Source: an uncultured Clostridia bacterium
GTDB lineage: Bacteria > Bacillota > Clostridia > Oscillospirales > CAG-272
Length of the DNA: 37,346 nt
Direction: 5' to 3'
Assembly (NCBI GenBank): GCA_944384555.1
Contig: CALWTV010000026.1
Span: 1 to 37,346 of the forward strand
Within the stretch, counting starts at the first letter, position 1. Each line of letters starts with the position of its first letter. Position numbers and translations under genes: made by a program. Shown in pieces: positions 18,602 to 25,937 of the stretch. Below the pieces are notes generated by a model. That model was given only the letters and a program-made list of their open reading frames with translations. It made no database searches and was not told where the DNA came from.

Positions 18602-18630
18602 ATTATATCATATAAAAACCGATATTGCAA
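18602..18630 (-). promoter_or_regulatory. Putative sigma-A promoter for tRNA-Glu
   Basis: The minus strand reads TTGCAA, a 17-nt spacer, then TATAAT. The -10 element ends about 18 nt upstream of the mature tRNA 5' end. Confidence 0.45.
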
Positions 18631-18782
18631 TACATTTTTTAAAATAAAAAATTTTTAAGTGAAATTTTTTTCATACCCTGAAATTTGCCTGCATACAATG
18701 TATCATACCAGACAAAAACAGATATTCATTAAAATAAAAAAGAACAATGCAAAAATTATTGATTTATAATATGGAGGCAAAA

Positions 18783-19730
18783 ATGACGGATAACTTATAT
18801 CTTCCAGAGGGCTTGCTTTACGGTACACCCGAAAATCGTGAATACATATCATCTCTTCATTCCCTTGAGCGCGCGAGAATTGAAGGTCGCATTGTCGAAG
18901 GAATAGCCGTAATGTGCGACAGTCGTGATTTCAGCCTGAGGGTAGATTTAAACGGAATCACCGGCATAATGGAACGCGGAGAAACCGTATACGGCGATGA
19001 AATAAAAGATATTGCAATAATCACCCGCGTTGGCAAACCGATAGCTTTTAAAATTTTGCGAATAGAGAAAGATGAAAAAGGTGAACCCACTGCTATATTG
19101 TCACGCCGCGCCGCTCAGCTTGAATGTATGGCTAATTATATATCATACCTTTCTCCCGGTGATATAATTCCGGCACGTGTTACTCATCTTGAGCCATTCG
19201 GAGCATTTGTAGATATAGGCTGCGGAATTGTTTCGCTGCTTGGAGTAGACGGAATTTCCGTTTCCAGAATATCACACCCGCGTGACCGATTATATATTAG
19301 AGAAGAAATCAGCGTGGTTGTAAAAAGTGTTGACCAGGATACCGGCAGAATATGCGTATCTCAAAAGGAGCTTCTCGGGACATGGGAGGAAAACGCTTCA
19401 TGCTTTGAGGCAGGGCAAACGGTTGCGGGAATTGTAAGAAGTGTGGAACAGTACGGAATTTTTGTTGAGCTTGCGCCAAATCTCGCCGGACTTGCGGAGC
19501 TATGTGACAGGGCTGACGAAAGCAGTGTCGGTATGGGCTGTGCCGTATACGTCAAAAGCATAATTCCGGAAAGAATGAAAATAAAACTCGTGCTCATAGA
19601 TACATATCAAATAGACCCTGCTCCGGCGCGTCCTCACTACTTTATCGATACAAATAAAGTCAGTCATATTGAAAACTGGCGGTATTCTCCACCTTCAAGT
19701 CAGCGCATAATTGAAAGTGTATTCATCTAA
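18783..19730 (+). CDS. S1 RNA-binding domain protein
   Basis: At least two S1/OB-like modules are present (GDIIPARVTHLEPFGAFVDIG and GQTVAGIVRSVEQYGIFVELAPNLAGLAE). I chose the start at the ATG 6 nt after GGAGG rather than the upstream ATG of the ORF track. Confidence 0.8.
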   Translation: MTDNLYLPEGLLYGTPENREYISSLHSLERARIEGRIVEGIAVMCDSRDFSLRVDLNGITGIMERGETVYGDEIKDIAIITRVGKPIAFKILRIEKDEKGEPTAILSRRAAQLECMANYISYLSPGDIIPARVTHLEPFGAFVDIGCGIVSLLGVDGISVSRISHPRDRLYIREEISVVVKSVDQDTGRICVSQKELLGTWEENASCFEAGQTVAGIVRSVEQYGIFVELAPNLAGLAELCDRADESSVGMGCAVYVKSIIPERMKIKLVLIDTYQIDPAPARPHYFIDTNKVSHIENWRYSPPSSQRIIESVFI

Positions 19731-19755
19731 ATTTTTTTATTAAATTTAATATAAA

Positions 19756-19850
19756 ATAACGTGAGTTTGCTCTTAATTATTCAGTTAAAGATATTTTTTT
19801 TATTAATACAATATCTAAAACTGAAAATACAGGAGTTGAACTCACGTTAT
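19756..19850. other. Long imperfect hairpin between convergent genes
   Basis: The outer 12-bp stem is ATAACGTGAGTT/AACTCACGTTAT. Inner complementary segments are CAGTT..AGATATT and AATATCT..AACTG. It lies between the S1-protein stop and the dehydrogenase stop. Confidence 0.35.
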
Positions 19851-19858
19851 TTAGTTAT

Positions 19859-20857
19859 TTATTCACCGATACGGGGATAGACCACGATTTTGATACATTC
19901 ATCGAGATGATTATGCGTCATATCGAGAGCCCACTCCAACTTGTCAAGCGTAACTCTGTGAGTTATTTCCTTGCCCAAATCGAATTTTTTATCGGCTACC
20001 ATATCGAATGCGGTCTGAAAATCCCGTCCGTCTGCGTTTCTTTCAAGGAAATGGCGGTATTTTATGTTTTTACGGTTCATATGGAACGGATTTAATCTGT
20101 GATTATGGTACTTTAACTGTACCTCAACGTTTACTCCAGCCATTCTTCCGTTGTATTTTAATGCTTCAATAGGAATATAAAAAGCATCAAGCTCTTTTGA
20201 GCGGTCAAGCGCGATACACATAAACGCCGTATCTATTTCTCCTATATCGCGTCGGATTGCCTCAAGAATTTCGTCTGATGTCATCTCTGAACGGTTGTAA
20301 GTCCATTTTGCGCCCATTTCCCGAGCCATTGCCAGACGGTTTTCATAAAAATCTATTACCGCGATATTTTCCGTATACTGTGAAGATGTTCCGGTTGCGG
20401 CAAGACCGAGCGGACCTGCGCCTGTGATAAGAACTTTCTCATCTTTTTGGAGCATTGCCGGACCGACAAGTCCAGTATAAGAGCCGTCAAAAGTTTCGCA
20501 TATCGCCGCAACTTCACTCGGCATATCGTCACGTATATGAGCGATTCCGGAATGTTTGTGAACGGGAACATATTCTGCAAATGCGCCGTTCGGGGTATAA
20601 AGCGCCACACGTTCTCCCAAACGCACATTATCTACATCTTTGCCGATTTCAACAACAGTTCCGCACACTTCATGCCCCAATATCTGTGGATAGTGGTCGT
20701 GGTATCCGTCAAAAATACCTTCTACAATGTGATTGTCTGTTGCATTGCAGATTGAGGCGGCTTCAACTTTGATTATATATGTATCATCGGTAACTTCCGG
20801 CTTAGGAACGTCTTTTATGACGAGTTTGCCGGGCTTTTCAACTACTGCTACGAGCAT
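19859..20857 (-). CDS. Zinc-dependent alcohol/polyol dehydrogenase (MDR family)
   Basis: 332 aa with catalytic Zn motif GHEVCGTVVEIG, an upstream Cys (ASICNATD) and the Rossmann motif ITGAGPLGL. The SD GGAGGAAC lies upstream. Confidence 0.85.
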   Translation of the reverse strand: MLVAVVEKPGKLVIKDVPKPEVTDDTYIIKVEAASICNATDNHIVEGIFDGYHDHYPQILGHEVCGTVVEIGKDVDNVRLGERVALYTPNGAFAEYVPVHKHSGIAHIRDDMPSEVAAICETFDGSYTGLVGPAMLQKDEKVLITGAGPLGLAATGTSSQYTENIAVIDFYENRLAMAREMGAKWTYNRSEMTSDEILEAIRRDIGEIDTAFMCIALDRSKELDAFYIPIEALKYNGRMAGVNVEVQLKYHNHRLNPFHMNRKNIKYRHFLERNADGRDFQTAFDMVADKKFDLGKEITHRVTLDKLEWALDMTHNHLDECIKIVVYPRIGE

Positions 20858-20879
20858 TGTTAGTTCCTCCGTTTTTTAT

Positions 20880-20943
20880 AATTTTTAGAATAATGGATAA
20901 AATAGATGTTTTTGATTTTCTTGAAATTTTTAGAATAATGGAT
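20880..20943. repeat. Perfect 19-nt direct repeat (two copies, 45-nt period) spanning the 3' end of the isomerase gene
   Basis: AATTTTTAGAATAATGGAT occurs at 20880-20898 and again at 20925-20943. The second copy contains the last codons and the stop of the 20930..21721 gene. Confidence 0.8.
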
Positions 20944-21721
20944 TAAGATAAGCGCTTTCAATTTTATAATATTCCTCAACTTTTTCGGGAGCGACATGAG
21001 GTTCAAGCGAACATAAACCGTTATAACTCTTATCGACTTTCACTTTGCATACAAGCGAATGTATATTTACCGCACCGTCAGGCACTGGAACATATTTAAA
21101 ATTATCATAATTATTATGCGCATTTTTTAGATGTATGTATCCGATATACGGTTTTAAGGTTTCATACGCATCGGGAAAACCATCAGCCCCTGCTTGATAA
21201 TAATTTGTGCAATCAAGGTTCGTTTTAAAATAAGGATTTTTGAAATGCTCCATTATTTTAAGCATTCTGTCGGGAGTTTTTGTTGCGTCATGTGCCTCAT
21301 TTTCGAGTGCGAGTGTGATTTTATATTCTTCCGCAAGCTTTATAGGCTTTGCCCAAAATTCTTCCATGCGGGCAAAATCAGCTTCATTAGGTGAAACTGC
21401 GGCGCAGTAATGATTTATTCTCAGCGCGCCTGTTTCTGCAGCCGCTTCAATTGTGTAGCAGAGCATATCCGAGTATTCTTCCGCGCTTCCGCTGTAACCG
21501 AAAGCCGCTCCAAGCGTTACGCATTCGATACGAACTCCTTCACTGTCAGCTATACGCTTCATTTCTTTTATATCGCGGTTTTTCCAGCCTAAACCGTCAC
21601 CTGCCGCATTACATTCCCACACTTCACAGACACGCATATTATATTTACGCCCGATTTTGCATATTTTGTCAAACGGCATAGTATATCCTAACGCCTGCCC
21701 TGAAAATCCGAGTGTAAGCAT
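20930..21721 (-). CDS. Sugar phosphate isomerase/epimerase (xylose isomerase-like TIM barrel)
   Basis: 263 aa. The pattern of conserved acidic/His positions (LALENEAHD, NLDCTNY, IHLKN, LEPH) is typical of the AP endonuclease 2 / xylose-isomerase-like TIM family. Confidence 0.75.
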   Translation of the reverse strand: MLTLGFSGQALGYTMPFDKICKIGRKYNMRVCEVWECNAAGDGLGWKNRDIKEMKRIADSEGVRIECVTLGAAFGYSGSAEEYSDMLCYTIEAAAETGALRINHYCAAVSPNEADFARMEEFWAKPIKLAEEYKITLALENEAHDATKTPDRMLKIMEHFKNPYFKTNLDCTNYYQAGADGFPDAYETLKPYIGYIHLKNAHNNYDNFKYVPVPDGAVNIHSLVCKVKVDKSYNGLCSLEPHVAPEKVEEYYKIESAYLNPLF

Positions 21722-21983
21722 ACAAATTCCTCCTCTATAAATTTTTTTATTTTTTATAAATGCGAAATGTTGACAAAAAAATTATTTTGGTTGCATTTTT
21801 ATATGAATAGTGATATCATAAAAATTGAGATATATTTCTAAAAAATCATATTATGATATGCAATATTGCTTATAAAAACAATATATTGTAATTATATTTT
21901 AGCATAATTTCCAAATGAGTCAATGGACATTTCTTTTGATTATTAGCACATTTCTTTTTTAATCAAAATGTGAGGAGGGCAGT

Positions 21984-22772
21984 ATGTCAGAGATATATAA
22001 TTTTACGAGCGGAATAAATACCTATCATGCGCTGAACCATGTATCTGAAGCACGTCAGAGTGACTACTGGGTATTTTTATGCTTTAATACTCCTTTTTTA
22101 ATAGACACCGATGAGGGAACTTTAAGAGGGGAGAGCGGTGACTTTATAATTACGGAGCCGTATAAGCAGAGACGCCATACAAATGTACCGGAAGCGGAAA
22201 CCGGATTTATAAATTCGTGGTTTCACATAAACGGAAAGGGAATATCTGATATTATAAAAAAGTACGGATTTGAGCCGGATATTTTATATCATACGGTAGA
22301 TTCGGCGATATTTGTGCAGGATTTGACAGACTTGCAAAATGAAATATACAGCCGCAGGATTTATTCCGATGACATGGCGCTTTTATTGTTTACGAAACTT
22401 GTAATAAATTTAAGCCGTCAGAACGCACTGTATAATACGCATTCGTTTCATGACAATATTAAATTTCAGGAAATAAATAAACTCCGTGAGCGTATGCTTG
22501 AAAATTATACAAATCAATATACTGTAAAATCTCTGGCAAGGGAAATGAATATCAGCAGTGAGTATTTCGCGGCGCTTTATAAAAAAATATTTGAAATAAG
22601 TCCGATGAAAGATTTAAATACTAAACGAATGGCGGCGGCACGTACACTTTTGATAAGTACAGATATGTCAATCTCGGAAATCGCGGAAAAATGCGGGTAC
22701 AGTGACGCAAACTATTTTTCCCGTCTATTTAAAAAATTCACCGGAATGTCTCCCGGTGAATTCAGAAAATAA
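21984..22772 (+). CDS. AraC family transcriptional regulator
   Basis: 262 aa with an N-terminal cupin-like sensor and a C-terminal double HTH (VKSLAREMNISSEYFAALYKKIF ... ISEIAEKCGYSDANYFSRLFKKFTGMSPGEFRK). It is divergent from the isomerase-dehydrogenase pair. Confidence 0.85.
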   Translation: MSEIYNFTSGINTYHALNHVSEARQSDYWVFLCFNTPFLIDTDEGTLRGESGDFIITEPYKQRRHTNVPEAETGFINSWFHINGKGISDIIKKYGFEPDILYHTVDSAIFVQDLTDLQNEIYSRRIYSDDMALLLFTKLVINLSRQNALYNTHSFHDNIKFQEINKLRERMLENYTNQYTVKSLAREMNISSEYFAALYKKIFEISPMKDLNTKRMAAARTLLISTDMSISEIAEKCGYSDANYFSRLFKKFTGMSPGEFRK

Positions 22773-22778
22773 TTCTTT

Positions 22779-23798
22779 TTATTTATTTAATTCAGTATAA
22801 AGAGTATTTAAAAGTGTTTTTGTGGAATCGCATACATGTTCCCAGTAAAAAATGCCGCCGTATCCTTCTCTGATGACGTATTCCGCTTTGGCGGTCAGAG
22901 ATTCGGGGTCGTCATATGATAAGAATGTACTGCCATTAAAGAGCCACGGTGCTTTCGCTTCATCGTCCCAGTATCTGACATAGCCATTTTTATTGATGTA
23001 CTCAGCGGCAAGCGTGTCATATCTCGGTCCGTATCCGCCGCCGTTTTTGCATATCTGCAAAAGTCCGTGATTTCTGTCCTGAATATTGTCCCATTTTCTT
23101 GAATAGAATGCCGCACCCATAAGCAATCTTTCTTTTGGAACTCCTGCCGCGTGGAACAGTCTCAGAGCCTGGTCACAGCTGTTTCTGAATACGTCTCCGG
23201 TTGATGAATATAATTGCGTATGATGTCCGGCTAAAGCGTGGAAGCCGCATTTCAAATCATATGTCATAAGGCAGATGTAGTCGAGATATTTCATAAGCTC
23301 GGGAAGCTCAACACTTTCTACATAATAAAGGTCTGCGCCTGCTGCGATTGTAAATAAATAATGATTGCCATCGATTGCGTCAAGATGACGTCTTATTGAT
23401 TCCGCAAGCAGTGTGAAATTATGCTTATCATCGGGAGAGGTATTCGCACCGTTAGACGGTACACACGGATATTCCCAGTCGAGGTCAACACCGTCAAAAT
23501 GATACTTTGTGATAAGCTCCGCACAGTTTGCGCCGATAATTTCTCTTGCCTGCTCGGAAGCACAGCCTAAAGTAAATGCGTCCGGGTGAGAGGGTACGAT
23601 TGAAACTACAATTTTGATATCAGGATTCCACTCTCTTACTTTGTCCATAAGCTGAAGCATTTCCAAATTTTCTACGTTTATGGAATAATCGATGTTAAGA
23701 CCGCCGAAAGCCACATTAATATGTGTGAGTTTCTGACAGTCTTCTTTTGTCAGACCGGCATTGTTTCCTGCATATGCCAATAAAATTTTCTTGCTCAT
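22779..23798 (-). CDS. Glycoside hydrolase family 18 protein (chitinase / endo-beta-N-acetylglucosaminidase-like), no signal peptide
   Basis: 339 aa with the catalytic DxxDxDxE motif FDGVDLDWEYP, plus MTYDL and GGIFYWE blocks. The N-terminus MSKKILLAYAGNNAG is not signal-like. Confidence 0.85.
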   Translation of the reverse strand: MSKKILLAYAGNNAGLTKEDCQKLTHINVAFGGLNIDYSINVENLEMLQLMDKVREWNPDIKIVVSIVPSHPDAFTLGCASEQAREIIGANCAELITKYHFDGVDLDWEYPCVPSNGANTSPDDKHNFTLLAESIRRHLDAIDGNHYLFTIAAGADLYYVESVELPELMKYLDYICLMTYDLKCGFHALAGHHTQLYSSTGDVFRNSCDQALRLFHAAGVPKERLLMGAAFYSRKWDNIQDRNHGLLQICKNGGGYGPRYDTLAAEYINKNGYVRYWDDEAKAPWLFNGSTFLSYDDPESLTAKAEYVIREGYGGIFYWEHVCDSTKTLLNTLYTELNK

Positions 23799-23835
23799 TT
23801 TAATTTCTCCTTTAAATAAAAATAAATATAACTGT

Positions 23836-25629
23836 TTATTCCGTCATAACATACTTATTCGCCTGTTTAGTGAACATGTCGTAATATTTCCCCTGCTGTG
23901 CCATCAATTCTGAATGGTTTCCCTCTTCCAGAACGCAGCCGTTGCCGATTACAAAAATTTTGTCCATGTCTCGCACTGAAGACAAACGATGTGCAATCAT
24001 TACCGTGGTAGACTGTGCACACTGTTCTATCAGTGCTTCATTCATCTCATACTCCGCAATTGGATCCAGTGCCGAAGACGGCTCATCCAACAATACCAAA
24101 CCGTTTTGTGCAGTCATCACACGCGCAAGTCCGATTTTCTGTTTTTCTCCACCGGATAGCATCACGCCATCTTTCCGAAACTCTCGAGTAATTTCGTCAT
24201 CCAAAGATGCATTGTTTTTAGTAAGGACACGATCCAACTTCAGAGCCGACAGTATTTCGTTGCATTTATCGTCATCTGCCGAGTGCAGCAACTCCATATT
24301 ATCGCGGAATGACATAGCATACAAGTTTGTATCTTGAAAAGCCACGCCAATGCACGCTCGCAGGGCATGAATGTCGTAACTGCGTATATCGATTCCATTT
24401 ACAAAAATTGTACCAGCAGAAACATCATACAGCCTTAAAATCAGCTTCACAATCGTAGATTTTCCGACACCGTTTTCTCCAACTAAAGCTACCTTTTCAC
24501 CTTTATGTACAGTAAAGCTCAGGTTTTCCAACACATATGGGTCTTCCTCATTGTACCGAAAACTGACATTTCTGAATTCAAGCGAAAAAGGCGTGTTTGG
24601 TTCCGGCGGATGTACGCTAGTGTAGGTAGTTTCTATCACAGACTCTAAAGTAAAGAATTCCCGAATCCGTTTCGAGTATGAGCCGAGCAGGTCTATACTT
24701 TTGGTGATGTCAAAAATATCATACAAATAGTCGTCCAATTTGTCTGCCGCCATCCACATAGTAGCAAACGCACCGATATTAGCTAAACTGCCGTCCCAAT
24801 AAGCAGTCGCAATACAAAATAGTATAATTGCACGTGAAACCATATATACAAAACTCTGCCCTGTATTTAAAGCAAATATTTTTTTCGTCAATTTATTTAA
24901 CAGTCCTACTTTTTTCTGAGCATTGATGTCGTATATTTTCGATGCTATGGAATACAGATTTGTTGTGCGCATATCTGCCCCATATTCCTTCAGATAGTTA
25001 AGCCGGTGAACATAATCCAGCTTTCGGTCAAATGGTACCAGTGCTTCTTCCTTTGCAATTTCGACTTTGTTGTTATAAATATTGAAAATCACCCGAATTC
25101 CTGCATAAGCTACCACAACCACTACCACCCATGGAGAAATAGTTGCAATCAGGGACGAAAAGAGTACTATCGCTACAATTCCACGCAGAATGCTATTGAT
25201 AATGTCTCTAGCTTCATTAGATTTATCTGCATAATTGTTCATGATCCATGAATACTCATCGTAAAACTCAGGGTTATCCATATACTTGTAGTCCATGAAA
25301 TGGGTCTTTTCATAAATTTCCTTTTGAATCTGCATTTTTACTTTCGGATTTTTGACAGCATCGTATCGGTCAAACACATAATTTTCTACACATTTCAAAA
25401 GGAAATTTAGTCCGGTGAAAGATAAAATAATGAAGAGAACATACATAATTCCCTTATTTTGTGTTAGAGCATTCATCGTGAACTGTGGAATATACACCTC
25501 TAAATAACTTAAAAGTGGCCAGCAAACTGCTTTGTACAGAATATCGATGACCAGCAGGCATGGTCCATATTTAAGGTACGGCTTTATCAGCCACAGTACA
25601 TTTTTAATTTTTTTAAATATATTTTTCAT
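23836..25629 (-). CDS. ABC exporter half-transporter (fused permease + ATPase)
   Basis: 597 aa. The N-terminal part has six hydrophobic segments. The C-terminal NBD has Walker A GENGVGKST, signature LSGGEKQK, Walker B LVLLDEPSSALD and an H-loop IAHRLS. Confidence 0.9.
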   Translation of the reverse strand: MKNIFKKIKNVLWLIKPYLKYGPCLLVIDILYKAVCWPLLSYLEVYIPQFTMNALTQNKGIMYVLFIILSFTGLNFLLKCVENYVFDRYDAVKNPKVKMQIQKEIYEKTHFMDYKYMDNPEFYDEYSWIMNNYADKSNEARDIINSILRGIVAIVLFSSLIATISPWVVVVVVAYAGIRVIFNIYNNKVEIAKEEALVPFDRKLDYVHRLNYLKEYGADMRTTNLYSIASKIYDINAQKKVGLLNKLTKKIFALNTGQSFVYMVSRAIILFCIATAYWDGSLANIGAFATMWMAADKLDDYLYDIFDITKSIDLLGSYSKRIREFFTLESVIETTYTSVHPPEPNTPFSLEFRNVSFRYNEEDPYVLENLSFTVHKGEKVALVGENGVGKSTIVKLILRLYDVSAGTIFVNGIDIRSYDIHALRACIGVAFQDTNLYAMSFRDNMELLHSADDDKCNEILSALKLDRVLTKNNASLDDEITREFRKDGVMLSGGEKQKIGLARVMTAQNGLVLLDEPSSALDPIAEYEMNEALIEQCAQSTTVMIAHRLSSVRDMDKIFVIGNGCVLEEGNHSELMAQQGKYYDMFTKQANKYVMTE

Positions 25630-25648
25630 AATTTTTTATTCTTTTACT

Positions 25649-25705
25649 TCATGATATGATTGATAATAATGTCTTGTATGCACTTTCACTACTGGAATAT
25701 TTCAT
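25649..25705 (-). CDS. 18-codon upstream ORF (candidate leader peptide) preceding the ABC exporter
   Basis: The minus strand reads AAAAGGAG, 8 nt, then ATG AAA TAT TCC AGT AGT GAA AGT GCA TAC AAG ACA TTA TTA TCA ATC ATA TCA TGA (MKYSSSESAYKTLLSIIS). Its stop lies 19 nt before the exporter ATG, which itself has no evident SD. Confidence 0.4.
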   Translation of the reverse strand: MKYSSSESAYKTLLSIIS

Positions 25706-25731
25706 AGAATATACTCCTTTTACTTCAAGTC

Positions 25732-25760
25732 ATATTGTTAAAATAATATGAAAGTGCCAA
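25732..25760 (-). promoter_or_regulatory. Putative promoter for the uORF-exporter-GH18 transcript
   Basis: The minus strand reads TTGGCA, a 17-nt spacer, then CAATAT, about 25 nt upstream of the uORF ATG. Confidence 0.3.
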
Positions 25761-25937
25761 TAATATGATTTTGATATTTATATTCTTTTATAGCTTTGTG
25801 TTATACCTCACTCTTCTTTTTGTGATTTAACTTCTGCACAAGTTGCAGGCTTTCACTGTTCTGAACTTAAGTTTACTTCCTTGATGCTCATCTCCTTGTT
25901 TATTAAAAATTATTTTTGTGGGATTTATCATTATAAA

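Noticed and set aside
18747-18782. Upstream ATG for the S1-domain protein
   Set aside because: The GGAGG box lies after that ATG and 6 nt before the ATG at 18783, so I preferred the later start.
23942-24337. 131-aa plus-strand ORF
   Set aside because: It is antisense to the nucleotide-binding domain of the ABC exporter, whose Walker and signature motifs confirm the minus-strand frame.
25811-25891. Mini-ORF MSIKEVNLSSEQ-TGA-KPATCAEVKSQKEE-TGA downstream of the surface protein gene, considered as a RiPP-like precursor or a TGA read-through peptide
   Set aside because: The AAGGAG box abuts the ATG with no spacer, the first ORF is only 12 codons, and linking the parts needs two TGA read-throughs. 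TGA clearly terminates several conserved genes here (for example the OppD-type ATPase, both permeases, tnpA and tnpB). There is too little evidence to call it.
23836-25937. Possible horizontally acquired island (exporter plus its upstream spacer), based on an impression of different codon choice
   Set aside because: Hand counts of GC in sample stretches of the exporter (about 45 percent) and the neighbouring GH18 (about 48 percent) are similar. I cannot support a compositional break without computation.
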